NCBI GenBank assembly: GCA_903951595.1
Contig: CAJBCQ010000085.1
Location: 1-51,275, forward strand
Source: an uncultured Hyphomicrobiales bacterium
GTDB lineage: Bacteria; Pseudomonadota; Alphaproteobacteria; Rhizobiales; Aestuariivirgaceae
Length of the DNA: 51,275 nucleotides
Direction of reading: 5' to 3'
Below, piece by piece: positions 9,246-19,500 of the stretch. The position numbers and the translations under genes are program-made. How positions within the stretch are numbered: position 1 is the first letter of the stretch; the number at the start of each line of letters is the position of its first letter. Under the pieces are notes generated by a model that searched no databases, was not told the DNA's origin, and saw nothing but the letters and a program-made list of their open reading frames with translations.

Positions 9246-10649
9246 TCAATTCCCCATCGCCTTCACAATCTCTTCCACCATCTTCTTGGCATCGCCAAAC
9301 AGCATCATCGTGTTGTCGCGGTAAAAGAGGGTGTTATCGATCCCGGCATAGCCCGAAGAAAGCGACCGCTTGGAGAACATCACCGTGTTCGCCTTCCACA
9401 CTTCCAACACCGGCATGCCATAGATGGGCGAGGTCTTATCCTCCTTCGCCGCCGGGTTTGTTACGTCATTGGCACCGATCACGAACACCACATCCGTATT
9501 GGCGAATTCGGAATTGATGTCTTCCAACTCAAACACTTCGTCATAAGGCACATTGGCTTCCGCCAAGAGCACATTCATGTGCCCCGGCATGCGGCCCGCC
9601 ACGGGGTGAATGGCATATTTCACGCTCACCCCAGCCTTCTTCAAATGATCGGCCATTTCGCGCAATGCATGCTGCGCCTGTGCCACCGCCATGCCATAGC
9701 CCGGCACGATGATGACCGAACCGGCATTCTTCATCATATAGGCCGCATCCTCAGCAGAACCCTGCTTGACGGGCTTGGCCTCCCCACCCGAAGCCGCAGG
9801 CCCGGCCACTTCACCACCAAAGCCGCCAAGAATGACGGAGATGAACGAGCGGTTCATGCCCTTGCACATGATGTAGGAAAGAATGGCACCGGAGGAGCCC
9901 ACCAGCGCGCCCGTGATGATGAGCGCGATATTGCCGAGCGTGAAACCAATGCCTGCCGCCGCCCAGCCCGAATAGCTATTGAGCATAGACACCACAACCG
10001 GCATATCCGCACCGCCAATCGGAATGATGATCAATCCGCCCAGCACGAAGGACAAGGCAACAAGCGCCCAAAACACTATGGGCGACTGCGTGACATAGAA
10101 CACCCCCATCAGCACCAAAAGCGCGATGCCGAGGCCCAGATTAACCAGATGCTGGCCCTTAAACGTCACCGGCGAGCCTGAAACCAGCCCCTGCAATTTC
10201 GTGAAGGCAATCACCGAGCCGGTAAAGGTGATGGCCCCAATCGCCGCCCCCAGCGCCATTTCAATGAGTGACGCGCCATGAATGTCGCCCACCGTGCCAA
10301 TGCCAAAGGCTTCCGGCGCGTAATAGGCTGATGCGGCCACAAACACCGCCGCCAAGCCGACGAGCGAATGGAACGCGGCCACAAGCTGCGGCATCGCCGT
10401 CATCGCAATGCGCCGCGCGGTGACAGCCCCAATCACGCCACCAAGCCCAAGCCCGCCAATAATCAACAGCCACGCCATGAAAGAAGAAGGGGCCGCCATG
10501 GTCAGCGTGGTCACAATCGCAATGCCCATGCCGATCATGCCAAGCTGATTGCCCCGGCGCGAGGAAGCAGGGCTCGACAGACCGCGCAATGACAGGATGA
10601 ACAGCGAGCCGGAAACCAGATAAAGCAGCGAGGCGAAACTGACAGACAT
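9246..10649 (-). CDS. pntB: NAD(P) transhydrogenase subunit beta
   Basis: 467 aa with a multi-TM N-terminal half. The C-terminal dIII domain carries [16 protein letters not shown] and [23 protein letters not shown], which are diagnostic PntB motifs. Confidence 0.95.
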   Translation of the reverse strand: MSVSFASLLYLVSGSLFILSLRGLSSPASSRRGNQLGMIGMGIAIVTTLTMAAPSSFMAWLLIIGGLGLGGVIGAVTARRIAMTAMPQLVAAFHSLVGLAAVFVAASAYYAPEAFGIGTVGDIHGASLIEMALGAAIGAITFTGSVIAFTKLQGLVSGSPVTFKGQHLVNLGLGIALLVLMGVFYVTQSPIVFWALVALSFVLGGLIIIPIGGADMPVVVSMLNSYSGWAAAGIGFTLGNIALIITGALVGSSGAILSYIMCKGMNRSFISVILGGFGGEVAGPAASGGEAKPVKQGSAEDAAYMMKNAGSVIIVPGYGMAVAQAQHALREMADHLKKAGVSVKYAIHPVAGRMPGHMNVLLAEANVPYDEVFELEDINSEFANTDVVFVIGANDVTNPAAKEDKTSPIYGMPVLEVWKANTVMFSKRSLSSGYAGIDNTLFYRDNTMMLFGDAKKMVEEIVKAMGN

Positions 10650-10652
10650 GGC

Positions 10653-11093
10653 TCAGCCCTTCTTCTTATACATGGCCAGCATGCGCTGTGTGACGAGGAA
10701 CCCGCCAAAAATATTTACCGAGGCAAGCACCAGTGCGAGGAAGCCAAAAATCATCGCCAATGTCGAACCCGTGGCAAGCGATCCTGCCGCCACCGCCAAA
10801 AGTGCCCCCACCACGATGACAGACGAGATGGCATTCGTCACCGACATCAAAGGCGTATGCAGCGCAGGTGTCACCGCCCAGACCACGAAATAGCCCACAA
10901 AGATCGACAGCACGAAAATGGCGAGCTGGAAGATGAAAGGATCAATGCCGGATGCCGCCGCCGCTCCATGCGACAGCGCATCCGCCCCCGCCAGCGCCTG
11001 TTCGGCAAATCCGCGCGCGGCCTCTGCCGCTTGGGCTGCCACATCCGCTGCCTCTTTGGCGCGTGCTGCGGCTTCTTCGGGTGTCATCGCCAT
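10653..11093 (-). CDS. pntA: NAD(P) transhydrogenase subunit alpha, part 2 (membrane dII piece)
   Basis: 146 aa. The C-terminal part, [42 protein letters not shown]...[10 protein letters not shown], is the PntAB signature. It is 3 nt from pntB. Confidence 0.9.
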   Translation of the reverse strand: MAMTPEEAAARAKEAADVAAQAAEAARGFAEQALAGADALSHGAAAASGIDPFIFQLAIFVLSIFVGYFVVWAVTPALHTPLMSVTNAISSVIVVGALLAVAAGSLATGSTLAMIFGFLALVLASVNIFGGFLVTQRMLAMYKKKG

Positions 11094-11104
11094 GCGTTAG
11101 CCCT

Positions 11105-12220
11105 TCAAGCGTTGAGCAGCGGATGAACGGCGCTGCCTTGTTTCACCAATGCGGTGCCCTTGATGATCTCATCGTCCCAATCAATGGCAAGCGCGCCATC
11201 CTTGGTAACGATGAGATCGAGGAAATTCTGCAAATTGCGCGCGTAAAGCGACGAGGCATTACCCGCCAAAGCGCCCGCCAGATTGAGCGCACCGATGATG
11301 GTGACGCCATTGTGAATAATCGTTTCACCAGCCTTGGTGAGCGGGCAGTTGCCGCCACGTTCGGCCGCCAAGTCCACAATCACCGAACCCGGCTTCAAAC
11401 TCGTCACCATCGCCTCAGTCACCAGCACAGGTGCGGGCCTTCCGGGGATCAGGGCGGTGGTGATGATGATGTCTTGCGTCTTGATATGCTCAGCAATCAA
11501 GGCCGCCTGCTTGGCCTTGTCCTCGTCCGAAAGCTCCTTGGCATATCCGCCTGCGGTCGCGGCATCGGCCACATCGGCAAACACGAATTTGGCACCAAGG
11601 CTCTTTACCTGTTCTTCGGTCGCCTTGCGAACGTCGGTTGCAGAAACAATCGCCCCCAAACGCCGCGCGGTGGCAATGGCCTGCAAGCCGGCCACCCCAA
11701 CCCCCATCACGAACACCCGCGCCGGGCTTACCGTGCCTGCCGCCGTCATCATTTGTGGGAAAGCGCGCGAGAAATGTTCTGCCGCCGTAATCACGGATTT
11801 ATAACCCGCCAAATTGGCTTGGCTCGAAAGCACATCCATGCTCTGCGCGCGCGAAATGCGCGGCATCAGTTCCATGGAGAAAACACTCAGATCATTCCGG
11901 GCAAGGGCTTTCAGCTCATCCTTGCCATCATAGGGATTCATCTGGGCGATCAACACCGCCCCAGCCTTTGCCGCCTTGGCCACATCAGCTGAAGGCCGCC
12001 TGACGGTGAGGATGATATCGGCATTCTTCACGCAATCAGGCCCGGAAGCGATGGTGGCACCAACGGCCCGATAAGCTTCGTCGGTGAAATGGGCACCCGC
12101 ACCAGCACCCGCCTGCACGCTAACCGTGAGGCCGCGCTTTACATATGCCTTCACACTGTCCGGCGACGCCGCAACGCGGCTTTCACCAGATGCGGTTTCA
12201 GCCGGTACAGCGATTTTCAT
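11105..12220 (-). CDS. pntA: NAD(P) transhydrogenase subunit alpha, part 1 (dI, NAD(H)-binding)
   Basis: Start at MKIAVPAETASGESRVA (ATG at 12220). Alanine-dehydrogenase/PNT fold with the VFVMGVGVAGLQAIATARRLGA Rossmann motif. Confidence 0.9.
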   Translation of the reverse strand: MKIAVPAETASGESRVAASPDSVKAYVKRGLTVSVQAGAGAGAHFTDEAYRAVGATIASGPDCVKNADIILTVRRPSADVAKAAKAGAVLIAQMNPYDGKDELKALARNDLSVFSMELMPRISRAQSMDVLSSQANLAGYKSVITAAEHFSRAFPQMMTAAGTVSPARVFVMGVGVAGLQAIATARRLGAIVSATDVRKATEEQVKSLGAKFVFADVADAATAGGYAKELSDEDKAKQAALIAEHIKTQDIIITTALIPGRPAPVLVTEAMVTSLKPGSVIVDLAAERGGNCPLTKAGETIIHNGVTIIGALNLAGALAGNASSLYARNLQNFLDLIVTKDGALAIDWDDEIIKGTALVKQGSAVHPLLNA

Positions 12221-12224
12221 CGGC

Positions 12225-12515
12225 TTAAACGCTAACAGCGGTGAGAAGGCTGAACAGCACGAGGCCCGCCGTGGAAAGCGTCCACTTGCCTGCCCCGCTC
12301 TTGGCATCCAATACCAAAAGCAGCGTGCCAACGATCAACGTCACCCAGCAGATCAGCGTGCCCCAGGCCGCAAACGCCACCGCAGCCAGTGCCACCAGAA
12401 TATAAAGGCAGGCAATGGTGCCGATGATAGAGCCGGTCACAAAATTGGCATAGGTCTGCCGATGGGCTTCCATATGCTTGGAATGTTCGGTTGCGGCGGC
12501 GTGGTTCTCGGCCAT
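12225..12515 (-). CDS. Small membrane protein with an aa3-type cytochrome oxidase subunit IV-like N-terminus
   Basis: 96 aa. HMEAHRQTYANFVTGSIIGTIACLYILVALA resembles the COX4_pro_2 motif (H..TY..F + TM). Two more predicted TM helices follow. It sits directly upstream of pntA, 4 nt from its start. Confidence 0.5.
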   Translation of the reverse strand: MAENHAAATEHSKHMEAHRQTYANFVTGSIIGTIACLYILVALAAVAFAAWGTLICWVTLIVGTLLLVLDAKSGAGKWTLSTAGLVLFSLLTAVSV

Positions 12516-12553
12516 GTCGGACCCCTGAATCGTGGTTTTTTGCTGAAGCGAAG

Positions 12554-13936
12554 TTAGCCGCCGCCAGCCCGTGCTGCAACAGTCGATTGCGCCAGCCCCA
12601 CCCGCGTCAATGCCGCAGCCTGCCGGGCGGCCACATCCGCTGCCGAAAAGCCTTCCAGCGCCTCATTGAACAGGCGGTAAAAATTCAATTCCGCCCCCAA
12701 ATGGATGAAAACCCCACCCAAACCAATGGCCGCCCGGTCCATGAACACAAATTCGCGCGGCACCGTCACAGGCCCCTTTTCCTTCAAGGCCTGATGCACG
12801 CTGAAAGCCTGTTTGCGGCCATATTCGGCTGGCGAAATGTCACCGGCAATCTTACGCACCCGGTCATCCATCAACGGCCCATAGATAAACCGCGCCCAGA
12901 TATTGAGTATCTCTACCAACTCAGTAGACAATCCCTTGAAGCCCCAGATTTCATAGGCATGCACCACCCGGTCGCGGTCATCCTCTAAAAGCCCCCGGTA
13001 CAGATCGACCACCCCTTCCACAAATTGCGGCGGGAAAATGCGTACACAGCCATAATCGAGCAGGTTCAAGCCCTGCGGCTCGCCGGCGGCATCCGTGAAG
13101 GCCGAATAATTGCCCAAATGCGGATCCCCGTGAATGACGCCATGGGTGCAGAAGGGTTGCCACCAAGCCTCAAACAAGGCCCGCGCCAGCAAATTGCGTG
13201 TCGCAAGCGGGCTTTGCTTGAAATCGAGCAATTTGCGCCCCTCAAGCCAGCCCATGCTCAACAGCCGTGCGGTGGAAAGCGATGGCAAAACCTCCGGCAC
13301 GCGCACCTGCGTGCTGGCGCCAAGCATGTCACGATACAAAGCCGCATGCTGCGCCTCGCGCCGATAATCGAGTTCTTCGCGCAAGCGCGCGCCGATTTCG
13401 GCAAAGATTTCGCGCGTATCAATAGCCGAATCCATGCGCCGATGAATGCCAAACAGGATTTTCAGCTGCGCCAAATCCGCTTCCACGGCCGAATCCATGT
13501 CGGGATATTGCAGCTTGCAAGCAATCAACTGCCCTTCATGGGTGCGCGCCTGATGCACCTGCCCCAAGGACGCCGCAGCCGAAGCCTCCTGCCCAAATTC
13601 CGCAAACCGCCCCTGCCAATCCGGCCCCAATTCAGCCGCCATCCGCCGGCGCACAAAAGGCCAGCCCATCGCAGGGGCTTGAGATTGCAGCTGTGATAAT
13701 TCAGCCGCATATTCCGGCGGGATCACATCGGGAATAGTGGCAAGCAACTGCGCCACCTTCATAAGCGGACCTTTGAGCTTGCCCAAGGCTTCCGTTAAAA
13801 GCCGCGCCTCAGCCCCCAAATCCTTCTCACCAAACATCCGCCCCGCAGCGACCCGCAAGCCCGCCGCCCCGATGCCCGTTCCCACATTGGCATAACGCGA
13901 TAATCTGCCGGTGAAACTATTGTCTTCGTTGCTCAA
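12554..13936 (-). CDS. ABC1/UbiB-family atypical kinase
   Basis: Motifs GPLMKVAQLLAT, SLGQVHQA, IACKLQYP, HGDPHLGN and LLDYG are typical of ABC1 kinases. The only start is a TTG overlapping the pepF stop by 4 nt, so the start is uncertain. Confidence 0.85.
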   Translation of the reverse strand: MSNEDNSFTGRLSRYANVGTGIGAAGLRVAAGRMFGEKDLGAEARLLTEALGKLKGPLMKVAQLLATIPDVIPPEYAAELSQLQSQAPAMGWPFVRRRMAAELGPDWQGRFAEFGQEASAAASLGQVHQARTHEGQLIACKLQYPDMDSAVEADLAQLKILFGIHRRMDSAIDTREIFAEIGARLREELDYRREAQHAALYRDMLGASTQVRVPEVLPSLSTARLLSMGWLEGRKLLDFKQSPLATRNLLARALFEAWWQPFCTHGVIHGDPHLGNYSAFTDAAGEPQGLNLLDYGCVRIFPPQFVEGVVDLYRGLLEDDRDRVVHAYEIWGFKGLSTELVEILNIWARFIYGPLMDDRVRKIAGDISPAEYGRKQAFSVHQALKEKGPVTVPREFVFMDRAAIGLGGVFIHLGAELNFYRLFNEALEGFSAADVAARQAAALTRVGLAQSTVAARAGGG

Positions 13937-15729
13937 TTGCCCGCCCGGTCCAATGCTTCAATCTCGTGGATAAAGCCTTCGATCACACTGATACCCTTAT
14001 CCCAGAAGGCCGGATCACTGGCATCCAGCCCAAAGGGTGCCAGAAGCTCTTTGTGGTGCTGGGTGCCGCCGGCTTTCAGCATGGCGAAATATTTCTGCTG
14101 GAAGCCCTCGGCTGCCTCGCTATAGCGGGCATAAAGCGAATTCACGAGGCAATCGCCGAAGGCATAGGCGTAAACATAAAAGGGCGAATGAATGAAGTGC
14201 GGGATGTAGCACCAGAATGTCTCGTAACCCGGCTTGAAATCAATCGCTGGCCCCAAGCTCTCATGCTGCACATCCATCCAGATCTTGCCGATCTGTTCGG
14301 CCGTCAATTCACCTTGCTTGCGCGCGGTATGCACGCGCCGTTCAAACTCATAAAACGCAATCTGGCGCACCACGGTGTTGAGCATGTCTTCCACTTTGGA
14401 GGCCAACAGGCTCTTGCGCTTTTTGGGGTCCGTCGTCTCGCGCAGTACGGCTTGGAATGTCAGCATCTCGCCGAACACGCTCGCCGTCTCAGCCAATGTC
14501 AAAGGCGTCTGCGATAAAATCGGTCCCTGTGCCGCCGCCAACACCTGATGCACGCCATGCCCCAATTCATGCGCCAGCGTCATCACATCGCGCGTCTTGC
14601 CCTGATAGTTGAGCAATACAAACGGATGTGCGGAAGGCACCGTCGGATGTGCAAAAGCCCCCGGTGCCTTGCCCGGGCGCACGGGCGCATCAATCCAGCC
14701 TTCATCAAAAAACCGCTGCGCGATGGCACGCATTTCTGGGGCAAAATCGCCATAAGCCGACAGCACCAAATCACGCGCCTTGGCCCACGCCACAGGTGCC
14801 GTGTCTTCTTGCGGCAAGGGCGCGTTGCGGTCCCAGTGATTGAGCTTTTCCTTGCCCAGCCACTTGGCCTTCATCGCATAATAGCGATGCGACAAGCGCG
14901 GATAAGCCTTGCGTACCGCAGCGGTCAACGCCTCCACCACTTCGCGTTCCACCCGGTTGCCCAGATGGCGTGAATCGGCAATGTCCTCATATTTACGCCA
15001 GCGGTCAGAAATGTCCTTGTCCTTGGCCAGTGTGTTGGTGATGAGCGTGAACAGGCGCTGGTTCTTGCCAAATTCCAGCCCCAAAACTTCCGCCGCCGCC
15101 TGCCGCTTCTTTTCATCCGGGTCTTGCAGCAGATTGAGCGTTGGCTCGATGGCCAGCGTTTGCCCATCCACCACAAAGCGCATATCGGCGATGGTTTCAT
15201 CAAACAGACGGTTCCAAGCCGAATAGCCAGTGACAGATTTTTCGTGGAACAACTCTTCCAGCTTTTGATCCAGCTGATGCGGCTTTTCTTTCCGCAAATC
15301 CACAATCCACGGCCGATAACGCGCTAAGCCCTTGTCGGTAAGTGCCTTTTCCATCACCGCATCAGGAATGCGGTTGAGTTCGAGTTCGAAGAAAATGAGG
15401 CCTGCGGAAATGTCGGTGAGCTTCTGGCTGGTATCGCCATAAAATTTCGCCCGTGCCTCCTGCGTTGTATTGCCCACATAATAAAGCTGCGCGAAAGAGC
15501 CGATCCGGCCCAGCAAATCACTCAAAGCCTCATAATCGCGCACCGCCTGCACCAGCCAAGCCCCATCGGTGGCCACCTCAAGCTTGCCGCGGTAGCGGGT
15601 GCCAAAATCATGCGCCAGCGCCTCGGCCTTGCCGATGTCGGCGGCCAAATGGGCATCCCCAGGCCCGGCATAAAGATCACCCAAATTCCATTCAGGAAGG
15701 TCGCCTAAGCTCTGATTTGCCATGCTCAT
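13933..15729 (-). CDS. pepF: M3-family oligoendopeptidase F
   Basis: 598 aa with the zinc motif HELGHGVH and downstream ETASVFGE. The length and N-terminal helical domain are typical of PepF (M3B). Confidence 0.9.
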   Translation of the reverse strand: MSMANQSLGDLPEWNLGDLYAGPGDAHLAADIGKAEALAHDFGTRYRGKLEVATDGAWLVQAVRDYEALSDLLGRIGSFAQLYYVGNTTQEARAKFYGDTSQKLTDISAGLIFFELELNRIPDAVMEKALTDKGLARYRPWIVDLRKEKPHQLDQKLEELFHEKSVTGYSAWNRLFDETIADMRFVVDGQTLAIEPTLNLLQDPDEKKRQAAAEVLGLEFGKNQRLFTLITNTLAKDKDISDRWRKYEDIADSRHLGNRVEREVVEALTAAVRKAYPRLSHRYYAMKAKWLGKEKLNHWDRNAPLPQEDTAPVAWAKARDLVLSAYGDFAPEMRAIAQRFFDEGWIDAPVRPGKAPGAFAHPTVPSAHPFVLLNYQGKTRDVMTLAHELGHGVHQVLAAAQGPILSQTPLTLAETASVFGEMLTFQAVLRETTDPKKRKSLLASKVEDMLNTVVRQIAFYEFERRVHTARKQGELTAEQIGKIWMDVQHESLGPAIDFKPGYETFWCYIPHFIHSPFYVYAYAFGDCLVNSLYARYSEAAEGFQQKYFAMLKAGGTQHHKELLAPFGLDASDPAFWDKGISVIEGFIHEIEALDRAGN

Positions 15730-15826
15730 GGAGTTTTCGAAGCCTCTCTCACAAAGGGGGATACCTGCTTATCCCGCATTCACCCCAACCGCACAACCGC
15801 AGCTTTGTCCGAAAATCGTCCACTGT

Positions 15827-15842
15827 TTAAGTGACTGTTTAC
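15827..15842 (+). promoter_or_regulatory. CtrA-box-like motif (TTAA-N7-TTTAC) upstream of the sigma-54 regulator gene
   Basis: The sequence ttaa gtgactg tttac has one mismatch to the TTAA-N7-TTAAC consensus. It lies 80 nt upstream of the ATG at 15922. Motif match only. Confidence 0.25.
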
Positions 15843-15921
15843 GCTTGCCTGCGAAAGTCGCTTGCAACAAGGCGCGTGTTTACCAAGCGTCCACCCTTCA
15901 CTTTCAACCGACCGGACATCC

Positions 15922-17427
15922 ATGGCATCGCGCATTCTGATCATTGAAGATGAACCAGCCCAGCGCCGCATTCTGGAAGAAATGGTCAAACGCTTCGGTT
16001 TTGACCCCATTTTGGCCGAAAACGGCCAGCGCGGGCTTGAAATACTGGCCGGCTCGCAGGGCGGGGCCATTGAACTGGTCCTGCTCGATCTCGTCATGCC
16101 GGGCATGGATGGTCACGAATTCCTTGAGCGCATGACCGCCATCCGCGGTGATTTGCCCGTCATCATCCAAACCGCCCAAGGCTCCATCGAAACCGTGGTG
16201 CGCGCCATGCGGGCCGGTGCCGATGACTTCGTGGTCAAGCCCGTCAGCGCGGAGCGGCTGAAAATCTCGATCCAGAACCTGTTGAAGGTCACAGCCCTTA
16301 CCGAAGAAGTCCGCCGCCTGAAGCGCAAAGTGGGCGGCGAGCTGACTTTCGAGCACCTGATCGCGTCGGGCTTGGGCATGGCGCAAGCCGTCAAGCTCGG
16401 CCGCCGGGCTGCCCAATCGGCCATTCCGGTGCTGATTGAAGGCGAATCCGGGGTGGGCAAGGAAATGGTCGCCCGCGCCGTCCACGGTGAAAGCGAGCGT
16501 GCAGGCCGCCCCTTCATCGCCGTTAATTGCGGTGCGATTCCCGAAAACCTCGTCGAAAGCATCCTGTTCGGCCACGAAAAAGGGGCCTTCACGGGTGCCA
16601 GCCTGCGTCATGCGGGCAAATTCCAGGAAGCCGATGGCGGCACCCTGTTCCTGGATGAAGTCGCCGAGCTTACCCTCGACATGCAGGTGAAATTGCTGCG
16701 CGCCATTCAAGACGGGGTGATTGACCCTGTGGGGGCGCGCAAATCCGTGCAGGTCAATATCCGCCTCATTTCAGCCACCAACCGCAACATGATCGACATG
16801 GTCAAAGAGGGCCGCTTCCGCGAAGACCTCTATTACCGCCTGAACGTGTTCCCCGTCACCGTGCCACCTTTGCGCCAACGCACCGAAGACATTGGCCCCC
16901 TCACGCACCATTTCATCACCCGCTTTGCCGCAGAAGAAGGCCGCAAGGTGCGCGCCATTGAACCGCGCGCGCTCGAAATGCTGCAAACCTATGGCTGGCC
17001 CGGCAATGTGCGCCAGCTGGAAAACACCATTTTCCGCGCCATTGTGCTATCCGAAGGCGACACGCTGCTGATTGAGGATTTTCCACAGATCGCCAGCCTT
17101 GTGGATGGCTATGACGTTCGCTTTCCGCCCGCCCCACAGCCCACCCCCCGGCCCCAATTGCCGCAAGGCCACGCTGCCGTGATCGGCGGGCAAGCCACCA
17201 CCTCGCGCTCCGTCGGCCAAGCGGTTTCCGATGGCATGGCGCTTGGCATTCCGGTTGTCACCGATGGCGGGCATGTCCGGCGGCTGGAAGATGTGGAGGC
17301 CGACATGATTCGCTTGGCACTCAACCGTTATCGCGGCCAAATGTCAGAAGTTGCGCGCAAACTCGGCATTGGGCGCTCAACCCTTTACCGCAAGATGCGC
17401 GATCTCGGCCTTGAAGGTAAAATGTAA
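15922..17427 (+). CDS. Sigma-54-dependent response regulator (receiver + AAA+ + Fis HTH), TacA-like
   Basis: Start at MASRILIIEDEP. The receiver carries LLDLVMPGMDG. The AAA+ domain has GESGVGKE, the sigma-54 contact loop GAFTGA, and LFLDEV. The C-terminal HTH is RSTLYRKMR. Confidence 0.9.
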   Translation: MASRILIIEDEPAQRRILEEMVKRFGFDPILAENGQRGLEILAGSQGGAIELVLLDLVMPGMDGHEFLERMTAIRGDLPVIIQTAQGSIETVVRAMRAGADDFVVKPVSAERLKISIQNLLKVTALTEEVRRLKRKVGGELTFEHLIASGLGMAQAVKLGRRAAQSAIPVLIEGESGVGKEMVARAVHGESERAGRPFIAVNCGAIPENLVESILFGHEKGAFTGASLRHAGKFQEADGGTLFLDEVAELTLDMQVKLLRAIQDGVIDPVGARKSVQVNIRLISATNRNMIDMVKEGRFREDLYYRLNVFPVTVPPLRQRTEDIGPLTHHFITRFAAEEGRKVRAIEPRALEMLQTYGWPGNVRQLENTIFRAIVLSEGDTLLIEDFPQIASLVDGYDVRFPPAPQPTPRPQLPQGHAAVIGGQATTSRSVGQAVSDGMALGIPVVTDGGHVRRLEDVEADMIRLALNRYRGQMSEVARKLGIGRSTLYRKMRDLGLEGKM

Positions 17428-17517
17428 TACGATTTCTACCACGAAAGTGATCGGCCAGCCCATTGCGCCTTGGGGTCTGCGTGATTAGGTTAGAAGTCTG
17501 CTCCCAACGAGGTTCCC

Positions 17518-19419
17518 ATGCGCGCCAAATTTCTGTTCACCGCCTGTTTCCTTCCGGTCTTGCTGGCGCAGCAACCCGTTTGGGCCGCAACAGATGCCCC
17601 CGTGGTGATCAAGAAAAACTTCTCCGCCGCCCCCGCGACCGCCAATAGGCCCACCACTGGCCGCGGCGATCAGTTTAATTTTTTCGATAGCCTGTTCGGC
17701 GGCAGCAAGCGCAAATTCGTGATTGAAGATGTGCCGGATGGCCCGGTTGTTTCCAATTCCAATCCGGATGCGGGCTTTGAAGCCTACCAGCCCGAAAAAC
17801 GCCTGCCGCTTGTTGATACAAGCCTTTCGGGTGCCAGTTTCTTCGAGAAATTGTCGCCCGAAGTGCTGGCAACCCTGCGTGATGAAACCACCCCCATTTC
17901 AGTGCGCGCCGCCGAAAAGGCCGCCATTCTGGGCTTTTACGCCAATCGCGGTTTCAAGCCGGTTTGGGTTTCTCCACAAGAAGGCATCACCGCGAACGGC
18001 CGGGCGGTGCTCGCCCATCTCGCCACCGCCGATGATGAAGGCCTAGAGCCGGGCGATTACCTGCCCGTAGGCCTTTCCGGCTTCACCGATGACGGCAAAT
18101 CCCTCATCGGCAATGAACCCGCCCTTGGCCGCGCCGATGTCGCCATCACAGCCATGCTTGTGCGCTATGCCAATGAGCTTCATTCCGGCCGCGTTCTGCC
18201 CAAGCGTCTTTCCGGCTATTACGACATTGACCCGCCCACAGCCGACCTGACGCTGTTGATCGAGGACGCCGCCAAGGCCACCGACCCCGTTTCGGTGCTC
18301 GCCGCCGCTGCCCCGGTGCATCCGCAATATCAGGTGCTTAAATCCGAACTGGCCCGCCAGCGCGAAGTAGCCAAATCTGAGCCCGAACCCATTCCCGAAG
18401 GCCCGCGCGTCAAGCTCGGCCAGAAAGACCCGCGCATCCCTGTGCTGCGCGAGCGCATGCTGGAAGGCGGTTTCCTCACCACCGCCCCGGAAAGCTGGAA
18501 ACTGGAAGCCACCGCAGATGCAGCCCTCGATGAACCGCTTTCGGAAGCCCTGAAAGCCTTCCAGAAGAAAGCCGCCATCAAGCAAACCGGCAATTTCGAC
18601 AAGGCCACACTTGCCGCGCTAAATGACCATAGCGCCACGCGCAATGTCGAGCGCCTCGTCATCAACATGGAACGCCTGCGCTGGCTGCCGCGGGATCTGG
18701 GGCCGCGCTATATATTTGCCAACCAAGCCGCCTTTGAATTGCGCGTGATGAGTAATGGCGTTGAGGAATGGCAAACCCGCGTCATCGTCGGCAAGCCCAA
18801 CACCCAAACCAGTGTTTTCAATGATGAGATGGAATTTGCCGTGATCAACCCCACTTGGGGTGTGCCGCAATCCATCATCGTCAAGGAAATGCTGCCAGAA
18901 TTACAGCGCGACCCTAGCTATCTCGACAAGCAGGGCTTCCAGATTTCCGACAATGAGGGCAACATCATCCCCTCCAACCGGATCGACTGGTCGCAGTTTT
19001 CCAACCGCGTGCCGCTCAATGTCATCCAGCCCTCCGGCGATGACAATGCGCTGGGCGAGGTGAAGTTCATGTTCCCCAACAGCCATAATATCTACATGCA
19101 CGACACCCCCAAGCGGGAACTGTTTGATAGCGTGGTGCGCGCCTACAGCCATGGCTGCGTGCGCGTGAAAGACCCGCGCCGCTTTGCTGAAGTTGTGCTG
19201 GGCTGGACGAGCCAAGAGGTGGCCGACGCCATTGCCTCCGGCCGCAGCCAAACCGTGAACCTGCCCGAAAAACTGCCCGTCTATCTGAATTACTTCACCG
19301 CCTGGCCTCAAGCCGACGGAACGATCAAATATTATGATGATATTTACAACCGAGACGCGCGCTTAAGCCGGGCCTTCAACACCCTCGTGCAGGTTGCCGA
19401 GCAAACGCCAGCGCGTTAA
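17518..19419 (+). CDS. L,D-transpeptidase (YcbB/LdtD-like) with peptidoglycan-binding domain
   Basis: Signal peptide MRAKFLFTACFLPVLLAQQPVWA. The PG-binding repeat is LSEALKAFQKKAAIKQTGNFDKATLAALN. The YkuD catalytic motif is MHDTP...SHGCVRV. Confidence 0.85.
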   Translation: MRAKFLFTACFLPVLLAQQPVWAATDAPVVIKKNFSAAPATANRPTTGRGDQFNFFDSLFGGSKRKFVIEDVPDGPVVSNSNPDAGFEAYQPEKRLPLVDTSLSGASFFEKLSPEVLATLRDETTPISVRAAEKAAILGFYANRGFKPVWVSPQEGITANGRAVLAHLATADDEGLEPGDYLPVGLSGFTDDGKSLIGNEPALGRADVAITAMLVRYANELHSGRVLPKRLSGYYDIDPPTADLTLLIEDAAKATDPVSVLAAAAPVHPQYQVLKSELARQREVAKSEPEPIPEGPRVKLGQKDPRIPVLRERMLEGGFLTTAPESWKLEATADAALDEPLSEALKAFQKKAAIKQTGNFDKATLAALNDHSATRNVERLVINMERLRWLPRDLGPRYIFANQAAFELRVMSNGVEEWQTRVIVGKPNTQTSVFNDEMEFAVINPTWGVPQSIIVKEMLPELQRDPSYLDKQGFQISDNEGNIIPSNRIDWSQFSNRVPLNVIQPSGDDNALGEVKFMFPNSHNIYMHDTPKRELFDSVVRAYSHGCVRVKDPRRFAEVVLGWTSQEVADAIASGRSQTVNLPEKLPVYLNYFTAWPQADGTIKYYDDIYNRDARLSRAFNTLVQVAEQTPAR

Positions 19420-19500
19420 GGCGAAATTAAGCATAAAGGGCGGAAATGCCATAAGACGGAATGTGTCAAACACTGGCCGCATTCCTATGGCTATTGGGCA

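Noticed and set aside
10952-11992. 346-aa ORF on the plus strand.
   Set aside because: It is antisense to pntAA/pntAB, both of which have diagnostic motifs. Shadow ORF.
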